Source: the human T2T-CHM13v2.0 reference genome, Homo sapiens. Taken from it: a stretch of DNA of 64,000 bases. How positions within the stretch are numbered: position 1 is the stretch's first letter; every line of letters starts with the position of its first letter. The translations under genes and the position numbers were made by a program. The notes under the pieces were generated by a model, which did not search any database, was not told the origin of the DNA, and worked only from the letters and a program-made list of their open reading frames with translations. The stretch is from NCBI RefSeq assembly GCF_009914755.1, contig NC_060932.1. One strand, given 5' to 3'. Of this stretch, positions 47,929-64,000 are shown in pieces.

Positions 47929-48004
47929 CAAAATAGTCAATATTTTATCTTCAAATATAAATACATAAAGGCAAAGCTTACTATCTTCTGGAGGGGTATT
48001 TATC

Positions 48005-48314
48005 CTTTTATTTATTTGCTTATTTATTTTGAGACAGGGTCTCACTCTGTTGCCCAGGCTGGAGTGCAGTGGTGCAATCATAGCTCACTGCAGCTTCTAC
48101 CTCCTGGGTCCAAGTGATCCTCCCACCTCAACCTCCTAATTAGCTGGGACCACAAGCATGTGCCACCTCACCTGGCTAATCTTTGGTATTTTTTTGTAGA
48201 GATAGGTTCTTGCTCTGTTGCCCAGGCTTGTCTCAAGTTCCTGAGTTCAAGCGATCCACCCGCCTCAGCCTCCCAAAATGCTGGGATTACAGGTGTGAGC
48301 TACTGCACCTGGCC
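48005..48314 (-). mobile_element. Alu (AluJ-like)
   Basis: TSD ~TTATCCTTTTA. Confidence 0.85.
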
Positions 48315-48817
48315 TTATCCTTTTAATTGCAGAAGTTGGTGAGGAAAATAATTCAGAGGTTATTCTGGCCAACACAGAGAAATTCTGGGTGAGTTGAGGA
48401 AAACGTCATATGAACTGTGTCAGCGTTCATATTAAATTAGCTGATGGCCCCATCTGTATTTTCACAGAAATGACTCGTGTGGTGTTTTAGTTTATTGAGT
48501 TTCCTTGAATATTTTCTCTTTTTCCAAAGCTATAAAAACTAGTGATTTCCTAATATTTCCCTCTCAAAGCAGTAAAGGGGCTTTAGGAAATTGAAAGGAG
48601 GGAATTGGAAAGTTGGTCTCCAAGCCTCTCAGCCCAGCTTCCACCAGAACAAACCCCATTTAAACATTAAAGTCCAGGTGTTATGGGCTAAATTGTGACC
48701 CCTCAACATTCACATATTGCAGCCCTAACCACCCGCCAGTCCTCCTCCACTCAGAATATGACTGTATTTGGAGATCAGGTCTTTAAAATGGTGATTAGGT
48801 TAAACTCAGGCTATTAG

Positions 48818-50052
48818 TGAGAGGTGACAGCGTGCTGGCAGTCCTCAGAGCCTTCGCTTGCTCTCGGCACCTCCTCTGCCTGGGCTCCCACTTTGGCGGC
48901 ATTTGAGGAGCCCTTCAGCCCACCACTGCACTGTGGGAGCCCCTTTCTGGGCTGGCCAGGGCTGGAGCCCACTCCCTCAGCTTGCAGGGAGGTGTGGAGG
49001 GAGAGGCGCGAGCGGGAACCGGGGCTGCGTGCGGCGCTTGCGGGCCAGCTGGAGTTCCGGGTGGGCGTTGGCTTGACGGCCGGCACTCGGAGCAGCCGGC
49101 CAGCCCTGCTGGCCCTGGGCAATGAGGGACTTAGCACCTGGGCCAGCGGCTGCGGAGGGTGTACTGGGTCCCCCAGCAGTGCCAGCCCACCGGCGCTGCA
49201 CTCTATTTCTCACCGAGCCTTAGCTGCCTTCCCGCGGGGCAGGGCTCGGGACCTGCAGCCCGCCATGCCTGAGCCTCCCACCCACTCCATGGGCTCCTGT
49301 GCCGCCCGAGCCTCCCCGACTAGCACCACCCCCCGCTCCACGGCGCCCAGTCCCATCGACCACCCAAGGGCTGAGGAGTGCGAGCGCAGGGCGCGGGACT
49401 GGCAGGCAGCTCCACCTGCAGCCCCCGTGCGGGATCCACTAAGTGAAGCCAGCTGGGCTCCTGAGTCTGGTGGGGACGTGGAGAAGATTTATGTCTAGCT
49501 CAGGGATTGTAAACACACCAATCAGCACCCTGTGTTTAGCTCAGGGTTTGTGAGTGCACCAATCAACACTCTGTATCTAGCTGCTCTGGTGGGGCCTTGG
49601 AGAACCTTTGTATCTAGCTCAGGGATTGTGAATGCACCAATCAGCGCCCTGTCAAAACGGACCTCTTGGCTCTACCAATCAGCAGGATGTGGGTAGGGCC
49701 AGATAAGAGAATAAAAGCAGGCTGCCCGACCCTGCAGTGGCAACTGGCTTGGGTCCCTTTCTGTATTGTGGGGGTTTTGTTCTTTCGCTCTTTGCAATAA
49801 ATTTTGCTGCTGCTCACTCTTTGGGTCCACGCTGCTCTTATGAGCTGTAAAACTCACCGCGAAGGTCTACAGCTTCACTCCTGAGCCAGCGAGAGCACGA
49901 ACCCACCAGAAGGAAGAAACTCCAAACACTTCTGAATATCAGAAGAAACAAACTCCAGACGCGCCACCTTAAGAGCTGTAAGACTCACCTGGAGGGTCCG
50001 CGGCTTCATTCTTGAAGTCAATGAGACCAAGAACCCACCAATTCCGGATACA
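48818..50052 (+). mobile_element. Full-length solo LTR12 (ERV9, LTR12C-like)
   Basis: tgagaggtgacagcgtgctggc...ccaattccggataca; 4-bp TSD TTAG (48814-48817 / 50053-50056); CpG-rich U3 with CCAAT repeats. Confidence 0.93.
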
Positions 50053-50109
50053 TTAGGGTGGGCCCTAATCCAATAAGACTGGTGTCCATATAAGAAGAGG
50101 AAATTTGGG

Positions 50110-50904
<795 letters not shown>

Positions 50905-51369
50905 TTAAGCCACCCAGCCTGTGCACTTTGGTATGGCATCCCTGGCAAGCTCATTCACTAGGGTAATATTTGAGCAGAGGATTCCACAGCTAGTAACTGT
51001 TGGAAATCACTGGAATTGAGCACAAGCTTTGGGATGTTCACGTCGGTTGGAAGCACAGCATTGCTGTTTAGTAGCACATTAATATTGGGACCCAATTTTT
51101 ATGTCTGTAAACTGGGGTAATAACACCTACTTTGAGGGATTTCCCTGGGGATTCTATGGGGTAATGGGTGTAAAGTGCCAGGTGCACAGTAGAAGCCCAA
51201 TTAATGAGGATGCTAACCCTAGCCCTCCCCAGGACCTGGGCTGGGCGGACACTGCCCTAGTGACTTTAGTGACGTCATGTCCTGCCCAATGGGACTGCGC
51301 TGGGGAGGGTGGAAATCAGTGCACTTTGCAATTAAGGGAGGGTCACTTTAAAAAATGTTTGCTGAGTTA

Positions 51370-51692
<323 letters not shown>

Positions 51693-51851
51693 TCAAAATT
51701 TTGCCAAATTTGCAAGTAGTGCTACTTTGAATGATTTGGGAAGAATAAAAAATAGGTATATCCTGCAGCTTATGAAAATCACATGCCTATATTATACATG
51801 CACTATAGAGATATACATTTGGATACATACATTACAGACAATTTTATGTGA

Positions 51852-52275
<424 letters not shown>

Positions 52276-52484
52276 TAGTAAATGAGATCAATTTTGTTTC
52301 ATTTTTTTCATAACCTTTAAACTTTTAAACATAGGTACTTTTTATGCCGTTACAAAGGCTTAATATTCATTTTTAGTATCTATTTTTCCTCCATCCCCTT
52401 GGGCCCCAATGTGGCCACAGACAGGCTCGATGTGAGGTTGGCTTTCGAGCTAGGGAAAATAAATCTGGATTTTTTAAAAAATTA

Positions 52485-52785
52485 TTTTATTTTATTTTAC
52501 TTTTTGAGACGGAGTCTCACTCTGTCACCCAGGCTGGAGGGCAGTGGCACGATCTTGGCTCACTGCAATCTCTGCCTCCTGGGTTCAATCAATTCTCCTG
52601 CCTCAACCTCCTGAGTAGCTGGGATTACAGGCACCCACCAACACGCCCGGCTAATTTGTATTTTTAGGGGAGACAGGGTTTCACCGTGTTGGCCAGGCTG
52701 CTCTCGAATTCCTGACCTCAGGTAATATCCTTGCCTCGGCCTCCCAAAGTGTTGGGATTACAGGCATGAGCCACCACGCCGGGCC
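52485..52785 (-). mobile_element. Alu
   Basis: Alu consensus, reverse. Confidence 0.9.
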
Positions 52786-53279
52786 ATAAATCTGCATTTG
52801 GAGGTAGTGTCCAAATTTCTGCAAAGTCATTTCATTGTAAGGAGACCTTCACAGGAGATCCCCTCACTCCATCTGAGTTCCCATGACTCTGCCCTTTAAG
52901 AAGAGGCTAGAACTCTGGAGAGGTTGAGGTCTCCTGGGAACTGAGGGACAACAAAAGTGTCAGAGATTTGGGGGGTGTGGCGGGGACTCTCCTGGCTGGC
53001 ATGGCACACACACACAGGCTAATCAGGTAGAGCGAGAACTAGGGAAGATGACTCATTCCCCTCTCCCACCAGCCCCTGCGCCTCCGCACCCTCCCCTCTC
53101 TCCCACTTTCCCTCTCTAGTTTTGGCCCTTTCTCCACCATCTCTGCCTTTCTCTGCCCTTTTATCACTCCCACCGCCTTGGCTCCAGAATGGTCTTCACT
53201 TCTGGAAACAGCTGTGGCTTATAAGAGTTTCTTAGTTGATTTTCTTGGATTTTTTAGGTTAAAAAAAAAAAAAATCAAA

Positions 53280-53592
53280 GGTCGGGTGTGGTGTCTCATG
53301 CCTGTAATACCTGCACTTTGGGAGGCTGAGGCGGGAGGATGGCTTGAGCCAGGAGTTCAGGACCAGCTTGGGCAACATAGTGAGACCCCCGTCTCTACAA
53401 AAAATACAAAAATTAGTCTGGTGTGGTGGTGTGCATCTGTAGTTCCAGTTACCGGAGGCAGGAGGATGGCTTGAGCCCAGGAGTCCAGGTTACAGTGAGC
53501 TACGATCATGTCACTGCACTCCAGGCTGGGTGACAGAGGGAGACTTTGTCTCAAAAACAAACAACAAACAAACACAAAAACCACCAAAAACA
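53280..53592 (+). mobile_element. Alu (AluJ-like)
   Basis: Diverged Alu with (CAAA)n tail. Confidence 0.85.
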
Positions 53593-53875
53593 CAAATATT
53601 CTGCAAACAATGAGAAGTTGATCACCTCAAATGTCTAAACTTTCCAGTTTTTATGTCTTTTTGTCAATTTGCTTTTGTTAATACCTCTTTAAAAAAAGGT
53701 AAACACTAGAGGCATGGGTACATAGCCTTGACTTGTCCTGAAGTGAATATGGTTCCTCTGTGCTTCTCCATTTAGCCGTGTGTGGTGTTTTGATCATTTT
53801 ATTTAGATCCTTAAATGAATTTGCGTAGAGTTGTTCTAACTGTGAGTTGGGTAAAGAACATATAATAATGTTTCG

Positions 53876-54256
<381 letters not shown>

Positions 54257-55371
54257 CTATATGGGCAGTGTTTCTTTCTTAACCAACTTCCCTAACTTCT
54301 GGCAATTATTTGGAAAACATAGCATTTACTGACTTTGCCATAGTTATACGCCTCTTCTCCTCCCCACCATACTTTGGAATGTACTCTGGGGTTCCTGTCC
54401 CAGTTTATGGCGATAAAGAAATTGCTTTTGTTTTTACATTCTGTAGTCTTCCTTTCAAGATTTATAATATTTGTATACCATTTTGTTGCTCTGATTATTT
54501 AAGTTAATTGAATGTTTTAAGTAAATGAATTATTTAGCACAAGGTCTCTTCTCCCAGGTCATCCCAGCTTGTGAGTCATTTATTTGAATTCATCTCTTGG
54601 TTGTGGGGACCATGTCTTCCAGTGGCTTTCTAGGAAGGACCGTGAATCTCAAAGCATAACTCAGAAATATTTCATGAGCTGGGTAACTAATTCACAAGCA
54701 CACCAAGGAGACAGACATTAGATTCTTACCAAGGCACAAAGACCTAAATAAATAAACAAACCAACCAGTGGGAGGATTTATAAAGACAGAAGAAAAAGGT
54801 GCCAGCCTAGGCAGGGTGATTTTTCTAATGATTAGCTGGAGGCTATCAAAGAGGCTAGTCTGGGTGATCTGTTCTGGAAGAGATTGAAGAGGTCACTAGA
54901 GAAAAAAAAAGTTATCTGTGGATTTTGCAAGATGTCTTTTGAGTAAAGCTGTGCAGTACACGTGACAGGCTGTCCCTACACAGTGTCTGCCAGTATGGCC
55001 TGGCATCCCCACCTGACAGGCCAGCATCACTCCATTTCTCTTGGCAGAATGTGACTGCAGGTTTGAGAATATCTTTCTATTGCCATCACATTTTATAGAA
55101 TTTTCCAGTCTTAACATTTTCCATCTAAAATTCTACAGATATTGTTCCATTGCTTTCTGGCAGATGAGTTGCTAGGAAAATCTATCAGCCACTTAATTTT
55201 TTTCCTTTGAATTTTGCCTAAATCAAAATTCATTTTTTTAATTATCAGAGAAAATATTTTTACCATAATCTGGATCAACCTTTTATTTATATATTTATTT
55301 TCTAGAACACCATTTTAATCTGTAGATTCACATTTTCTTTTGTTTTAATAAAATATTGTTGTATTTAACAT

Positions 55372-55397
55372 TGTGTGTGTGTGTGTGTGTGTGTGTG
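55372..55397 (+). repeat. (TG)n microsatellite at Alu tail
   Basis: About 13 TG units. Confidence 0.9.
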
Positions 55398-55399
55398 TC

Positions 55400-56016
<617 letters not shown>

Positions 56017-56130
56017 TAATTTTGTTTTTTTCCTCAGGTATACTAATTGTCCACGTGTTAAATCTCCAGTGTATGCCCCTGTATTTATGTTTTTGTCTAA
56101 CTGCTTTAATCCCTTTGGCCTTTTCTTTGA

Positions 56131-56469
<339 letters not shown>

Positions 56470-56749
56470 TCTATGTGGAGCTTTTCATGTCTGAGAGTGG
56501 CTTTTGTTCACAAAAGACTTTAGTTACTCAGATTTTAAGTTATATTAGTTTATAAAAATAACAAATTTAAGTACCTAGTTTTTACTCTGTTTTAAATTTT
56601 AATTTATAAATATTATAATTTTATTTATATATCTAATTTTTTTATAAAATGAGAGCAACTTTGACAAACTTAAGGTGACAGAACAAATTTCACTTAAACA
56701 TTTGGTCCCAGTTTTATTATTAAACATTTCAACTGTATTTATAAATGTG

Positions 56750-59700
56750 ATATATTTGATCTTTTTCCATTGAAATTTTTATTGAGAAACTTAGAGTCCC
56801 ATGCAATTGTGAGAAATATACAGAGAGATCCCATGTACCTTTTACCCAGTTTCCCCCACTGGTAACATCTTGTAAGCTGTAGTATAATATCACAACCAAG
56901 ATATTGACATCAGTGCAATTTCCTAATCTTACTCTGTCAATCTCCCCAACACACCCTGCCACTCACTACTCCCTGTTCCTGACCCTTGCAAACTCTAATC
57001 TATTCTCCATTTCCAAAATTTTGTCTTTTCAAAAAGTTTATATAAATGGAATGACTAAGTAGCACTCTAGGATTGGATATTTTCACCAAGTTGTCAAATG
57101 AATGTATGTAAAGTTCCTTATCAGACTTTTGCTGTCTGCAAGGTCTGTAATGATATCCCCTGCTTCAGTTCTGATATTTGTAATTCGTGTCTTCTCTCTT
57201 TTTTTATGTCAGTTTTATTAGAGGTTTATTAATGTTACTGATCTTTTCAAAGAACCAGCTTTTGTTGTTGATTTTTTCTACTGCTTTTCTGTTTCAATTT
57301 CATTGATTTCTGCTCTTTTTAACATTTTCTTCCTTCTCCTTTCTTTAGGTCTATTTTGATCTTTTTCTTTTGATTTGAGACTTTTCTTTTTTTCCTATTA
57401 TATGTATTTATACTACAAATTTTCATCTTAGCACTGTTTACCTGTGCCCCACAAATTTTGATAAGGTCTATTTTCATTTTCATTTTATTCGGTGAATTTT
57501 CTTATTTTCCTCAGGATTTTCTCTTTGACTGATGGATTGTTTAGAAGTATGTTGTTTAGTTTCCAAGTGTTTGGGAACATTCTAGCTACCTTTCTGTTAT
57601 TTATCGCTAGTTTGACTCTATTGTGATCAGAGAGCACACTCTGTATAATTTCAATTCTTTTAAATTTGTTGAGGTTTGCTTTATGGTCCAGGATATTATC
57701 CACCTTGGAGTATGTTACATACGCACTTGAAAAGAATGTGTATTCTGCTGTTGTTGGCTGGAATGTTCTATACATGTTGATTAGATCCTGTTTATTAATG
57801 GTATTATTGATTTCTTCTATATCTTTGTTGATTGTTTTCTGTCTAGTTGTCCTGTCCATTGTTGAGAAAGTCTTTAACTGTAATTATAGATTTATTTACT
57901 TCTCCTTTGAATTCTCTGAGTTTTGGCTTTACATACCTCGCAGTTCAGTTTGATGCTTATATATTTAGGACTGCTGTTTTCTTGGTAAATAGACTCTTTT
58001 ATCATTGTATAATGTCCCTCTCTGTGTCTTGTAATTTTCTGTGTTTCTAAGTCTACCTTATCTGATATTAATATGGCCTCTCCTGCTTTTGTTTAATTAA
58101 TGTTTGCATGATAGATCTTTTTGCATTTTTAAAATTTCAACCTGCCTATATTGTATTTGAAATGAGCTTCTTGCAGATAACATATACTTAAATTTTGTCT
58201 TTTTACACGACTATTCCAACCTCTGTCTTTTAATTGGTATATTTGGAACGTTTACATTTTATGTAATTATTGATATGTTAGAGTATAAGTCTGCTATTTT
58301 CTTTTCTGCTTGTTGTGTTTTTCAATTTTCTGTTTTCATGTCTTCCTGTGGGTTACTTGAAAATTTCTTTTAGAATTTTGCTTTGATTTTTCTTTTTTTC
58401 CTTTGTTTTTTTTTTGCTTTGATTTGTCTATTACTTTCAAAAAATATCTATTTATATCCTTTTTAAGTGGTTGCTCTAGGTATTACATGACTTATCACAA
58501 TCTTTTGGTGTTGTCATTTTACCAGTTTGAGTGAAGTCCAGAAAGCTTACCTCCCTTTACATCCTTTTACCTTCCCCCATTTATAATTGTCTTAAATATT
58601 TTCTTGACATACATTTAGAACCACATTAAAGTTATATTTTTTAACTAGCAAACATAATGTAGAAGATTAAGAAGAGAAAAAATCTATTGTAATTACCCAT
58701 ATTTTTGCCTACTTTGTTCTTTCTTCCTTCCTGATATTCAAATATTTTAAAAAATTGTTTCTGTTTAGAGAACTTCTTTTAGCCATTCTTTCACGATAGG
58801 TCTCCTGCCAACAAATTCTCTTAGTTTTCCTTCATCTGAGAATACCTTGATTTTCTCTTCATTGCTGAAGCATATTTTCATGGGATATAGGATTCTGGGT
58901 TAGCAGTTGTTTTCATTTGGCACTTTCAAAATCTTATACCGTTTCTTTTGTTCTTCTGGTTTCTGATGAGAAATCGACAGTCATTCAAATAGCTTTTCCT
59001 CATAGGTAAAGTAAGGTAGGTTTTTGTTTTCTTTTTTTTTCTGGCTGCTTTCAGTTTTTTTTCTTTTGCCATTAATTTTCAGAAATTTAATAATGCTACA
59101 TCTTGGCATGGATTTCTTTGGTTTTGTACTGTTTCAGGTTCACATAGCTTTCTAAATCTGTTGGTTTATTTTCCAAATTTGGAAAGTTTTCAGCCATTGT
59201 TTCTCTGAGTATTTTATTAACCTCACCCTCTTTCTCCTTTCTTTTGGGGTGACCAATCACAAGAATGTTAAATCTTTTTTGTTATGGTCCCGTGGGTCCC
59301 TTAGGCTCTGTTCATTTTTGTTTTCAGTCTATTTTCTCTCTGTTGTTCTGACTGGTGATTTCTATTGGTCTATTTCCCAGTTCACTGTTTCATATGGTTT
59401 GGCTGTGTCCCCACCCAAATCTCATCTTGAGTTGTTGCTCCCATAATTCCCAAGTGTCATGGGAGGGACCCGGTAGGAGGTAATTGAATCATGGGAGTGG
59501 GTCCTTCCCATGCTGTTCTCGTAATAGTGAATAAGTCTCCTGAGATCTGATGGTTTTATAAATGGGAGTTCCCCTGCACTTGCTGTCTTGCCTGCCACCA
59601 TGTAAGACATGCTTTGCTCCTCCTTTGTTTTCTACCATGATTGTGGGGCCTCCCCAGCCATGTGGAACTGTGAGTCCATTAAACCTTTTTTTCTTTATGA

Positions 59701-61060
59701 ATTACCCAGTCTTGGGTATGTCTTTATTAGCAGCATAAGAACAGACTAATACACTATTTCTTTTATTTTCCACTTCCATTTTGCTACCGAGCTTTTTATT
59801 TGTGATTGCATTTTTCAATTCTAAAATTTCTTTTTAGCTCTTTGTATCTTTCAGGTCTTTGCTGAAACTATTTTTACATTTGTTTCAAGGGTGGTCATAA
59901 TTGCTTGTCGAAGCATTTTTATTGTGGCTGCTTTAAAATCTTTGTAAGATAATTTAACATTTCTGGCATCTCAGTGCTAGCTAGTATCTATTGATTGTCT
60001 GTTTTATTGAGTCCGAGATCTTTCTAGTTCTTGGTATCATAGTTATTTTTAGTTGAATGCTGGACATCTTAGGTGTTATGAGATGCTGGATCTTACTTGT
60101 ACCTTCTGTTTCAGCTCTCTTTCTCTGACACTACCCAAGCAGAGGAATGGGGGGCAAGCCTTGTTACTGTCAGGTGGGATTTAAAGTCTAGGTTCTCCAT
60201 GCAGCTTCCTTTGACACCTGAATGGGGGTTCCTCATTACTGCTGGGTGGGAGTGGGAGTTCTGGGTCCCCACTAGACCTCCACAGATACCTTCCTATCTG
60301 GGAGGGGTAGAAGCGCCTTGTCGTTTTTCCTCATGTGGCCTGCACTAACATCAAGAAGGTAAGGTGGCCTCTTGATTACTAGGTGGTGATAAAAGCCTTA
60401 CTGTCAGCTAGACCTCCTCTAATGCCACCTCAAGGTGGAGTGGGAAGGGAGTTTTGTTATTGCCGGGTAAGGGGTGGAAGTCCAGGTTCTCTAGGGGTCT
60501 CTACCGACGTTGCAAGGGGCGAGGCTCATTAGTGCCTGGAGGGATTGAAAATCCCAGCTGCTACTTGGCCTTCTCTGACCTCGTCCTGGTGGACAGATTG
60601 TGGTGCTCATTACAACCTGGTGAGGGCAACAACCTAGGCTTCCCCTTGGCCCATGTTCACGTGGCTGGGGATGCTGTCTGGCTGGGGTAGACCAGTCATT
60701 TTTGCAGTGTTTTCTGTCTTGCTTGGCTGCCCCTTTCCTCACCCATTTCCTACAGGGATAAAGAGGGTTTTTATTGGGATTTTGCTTTTGGAGGGTTACT
60801 TGTGTTTATTTAGTCTGTATCCATTGGTATTGTTGAGTTTCTGGCTTCCTCAAGCTGCAAGTCTGGTGATTTAGGGCATAAAGAAAACCCAGGAAACTTA
60901 GCACTTTGTCATTCCTTGAGCCGTGAGGTCGCTCGCTGACCTGCTTTCTTCTCTCCACCTTTCAGAGTCTTCTTATGCTTGTTTTACATATGATATCCAG
61001 GAAGTTTAGTTGTATTTAGTGGAAGGAATAGGAAAAAGTATGTTTTTTCCATCTTCTACC
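56750..61060 (-). mobile_element. Old L1 (L1MC-like): 3' end, endonuclease region and 5' parts
   Basis: ORF 57485-57859(-) is L1 EN-like (YRTFQPTTAEYTFFSS, SDHN); L1MC-type 3' end near 56750-57070. Confidence 0.8.
59390..59753 (+). mobile_element. THE1 solo LTR inserted in L1
   Basis: tcatatggtttggctgtgtccccacccaaatctc...aacagactaataca; TSD CTGTT/CTATT. Confidence 0.88.
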
Positions 61061-61733
61061 AAGTCTTGATTTCCTTTTAAAACGCATTAAATGGAGCACC
61101 CAGCGGCTATGAAGCAAGACCTTCCTATGTGCCATACTCAGCAACCCTCACTGATTTAAAAATACTGTAAATCTAGTTCTCTTTAGTATTATAATAGTAT
61201 TTACAACTTCATCAAATTCTTTTATATCTGCCCATTTAAAACTGTAAGCCTGAGATCCATTTTACTTTTAAAATTGAATCACTACCTAATGTATTAGACA
61301 GATTTCACTAATATGCCAAACACATGTGAACATTACAATGACGTCAAATAACAAACATAAACTGGATATTCATAAACCTAACTTTCCTGGGTTGGAAAGA
61401 CACTTAAGCATGAAGAGAACAATTTGTCTTCTCAAACAAGCTGAGGTTACTGCATGGACAGTTCAATGCCTGTATTCATTACCTTTTCAGGCAGGCTGTG
61501 TTTGCTTAGAGTGAGGAGTTGTTAGACTCAAACCACAGACTTCAGAGCTGCAGGTGCCCAAGGTGATCCTGCCCACGGCAAGGAGAGTGTGCTGGCTTGT
61601 CATTTAGGGTCACTATGGCAGCGGGGGACTCCAGGTTCATCCCCTCAGCTGAGGCCGTTTGCAACCCCATGTGCCCTGGATTCAATCCTTTCATAATCTT
61701 TCAATCATACCTCCCATTTTGGGTAAAATTCTA

Positions 61734-62148
<415 letters not shown>

Positions 62149-62324
62149 CTAAAGTTGGAGAGTCTTCACCTTGCAGTGTTCAAGAGCAGGGGGTTGACAG
62201 GCTAGATCTGGGTTTGAGTTCCAAATCTCTGGGTCTCCCTTGGCTAAACCTCTGTTTATCCCCATACCATAAGGTTAACAATTTTCATCTGAGAGGGCTG
62301 CTACAAAGATTAAAGTGCAATTTG

Positions 62325-62632
62325 GTTTTTTTTGTTTGTTGTTAGTTTGTTTGAGATGGAGTCTCGCTCTGTCACCCAAGCTGGAGTGCAGTGGTGTGAT
62401 CTCGGCTCACTGTAAGCTCTGCATCCTGGGTTCACGCCATTCTCCTACCCCAGCCTCCTGAGTAGCTGGGACCACAGGCGCCCGCTACCGCGCCCAGCTA
62501 ATTTTTTGTATTTTTAGTAGAGACGGGGTTTCACTGTGTTAGCCAGGATGGTCTCGATCTCCTGACCTCGTGATCCGCCCGCCTCAGCCTCCCAAAGTGC
62601 TGGGATTACAGGCATGAGCCACAGCGCCCATC
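62325..62632 (-). mobile_element. AluY-like in MIR
   Basis: TSD TAAAGTGCAATTTG. Confidence 0.9.
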
Positions 62633-62959
62633 CCCACTAAAGTGCAATTTGTTTAGCAAGCTTTATGTCAATAAGTAGTAACTATCTTGATTTTTTGTAA
62701 GCCTTTACTCCATATCACTGATTTGTTTTCAGCATTGTTGACTCTAGCTTTGCTGGTTTGATGATGAACATGATTGCCTCTTTCACGTCTTTCCATAGCT
62801 CTGACAGTTCTCTTTCATCTCAATTCATGGCTTACCCATTGAACATGGAATTCAGGCTTTGACTTCCTTGAGAGTGTGAAGCAGTTATTAACTGGAAATT
62901 TCTTGTTTTCTCAAGAGAGTCTTCCAAAATATTCTTATCCTGTATCTGTTCCCTGCTCT

Positions 62960-63078
62960 GCTTTCTTGCTTTCTCTATCTCTTTCTCTTTCTTTCTTTTT
63001 TCTTTGTTTCTTTCTTTTTCTTTCTTTCTTTCTTTCTTTCTTTTTCTCTTTCTCTCTTTCTTTCTTTTTCTTTCTTTC
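62960..63078 (+). repeat. (TTTC)n / CT-rich low-complexity repeat
   Basis: Polypyrimidine TTTC arrays. Confidence 0.9.
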
Positions 63079-64000
63079 AGTAGAAATTCTGCCCATCCTT
63101 TGTGCTGCTTTTGTTGCATTTACTCACCTTTGATGGGGACCATTCTACCTTATCTGCTGTTTGCCCTCAAAGGTGTGGGTAGATGTGCTTTGACTCCCTT
63201 CCCTGTTTATCTAGGAATCTCTAGATAACATCCACCCATGATGGAGACCTGGACACTGATACCTTTTTTCCTGTTTAACCTCTGAGTTGCCTAAAGAGGG
63301 TTTGGTAGAAACTAGATTCCTGGACAGCCTTCCCCCGGTGCTTGTCCCTACTGAGTCTCTCTCTGAATTTGTTGAACACCTCAATACCATGACCCAGCTC
63401 TAAAGAGGTGGGGACATGGCTTGCTTCCTGGGTTTTGGGTTTGTTCCTCCATTTTGGGGAGGTGCAGCCACTTTGTCGAAAAAGCTGGGCCTCTGTTTTC
63501 AGAGACAGCATGTGGTGCTAAGTGGACTTGCCTCTCAGCCTCACGCTGCCTAGTCCAGGGACCCTGGGCAGACAAAACAATGCCATGGTGTGGCCTGCTC
63601 CCACTTCCATTAAGCCAGCATGGAGTGTGGGTAGGGCTGGTGGAACCAGAATCCAAACGGGTGCTCTCTGCTCATCCTTTTTCCCCAGGAGTTGAATGCC
63701 CTCCAGTCTAGGGACTGGGGACCTGTCAGATCTCCCGAAACTCCTCTCACAACCATGCCCAGAAAGGAAATTCATGACTCAGCTCCCTGAGTTCTCTCTG
63801 CATTTTGGTTTTGTCTTTATTCTAGGTCATTTTTTATTCTTCTTGCTGGGTATCTGGAAAGATAGGTTTTGTAATATAATATAATGCCACTGTCATTTTT
63901 AGAAATGCGTTGGAAAAAATTGTGAGACAGCAAAATGCATCTAATTTTTTCTCCATTTCTCCATCCCCAAGCCACTTCTCCCAGTCAGCTTTTTGAGGGA

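Noticed and set aside
48824-49498. 224-aa ORF
   Set aside because: Lies wholly in the GC-rich LTR12 U3; a typical spurious LTR12 ORF
49490-49690. Regularly spaced ~40-bp repeats resembling a CRISPR-like array
   Set aside because: Standard LTR12 U3 CCAAT tandem repeats in eukaryotic DNA; no unique spacers or cas genes
62832-63228. Lys/Arg/Glu-rich and Phe/Leu/Ser-rich ORFs
   Set aside because: Translations of the (TTTC)n microsatellite

Overview
Human (or very closely related ape) genomic DNA, recognisable as the 8p21.3 TNFRSF10A-CHMP7 interval. Left end: coding exon 1 of TNFRSF10A (TRAIL-R1/DR4, minus strand, CDS 1624-1929) in a CpG island, with the intronic p53 element and a divergent lncRNA region (TNFRSF10A-DT-like). 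Middle: the complete CHMP7 CDS (+ strand, 10 coding exons, 23552-37470, 1362 nt = 453 aa + stop, all GT-AG), with a 3'UTR to about 38870. The rest is mostly interspersed repeats: about 50 Alus, old L1 fragments, MIR/L2, DNA transposons and LTRs, including a full solo LTR12 and a nested MST/THE1/MER4/MLT2 stack. From recollection R3HCC1 lies just beyond the right edge; none of its coding exons is visible. I found no convincing wholly new gene system, and almost all ORF-track entries are repeat-derived or antisense shadows. The best testable leads are: (1) a cryptic-exon-like arrangement beside a (UG)20 tract in a CHMP7 intron, a possible TDP-43 target; (2) a solo LTR with a TATA box that could be an upstream CHMP7 promoter giving a uORF-laden 5'UTR; (3) a weak CHMP7 start codon with flanking alternative starts; (4) an inverted-Alu-flanked candidate lncRNA exon; (5) LTR12 and a perfect splice donor pointing toward R3HCC1. 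Repeat subfamily names and edges were assigned by eye and are approximate.
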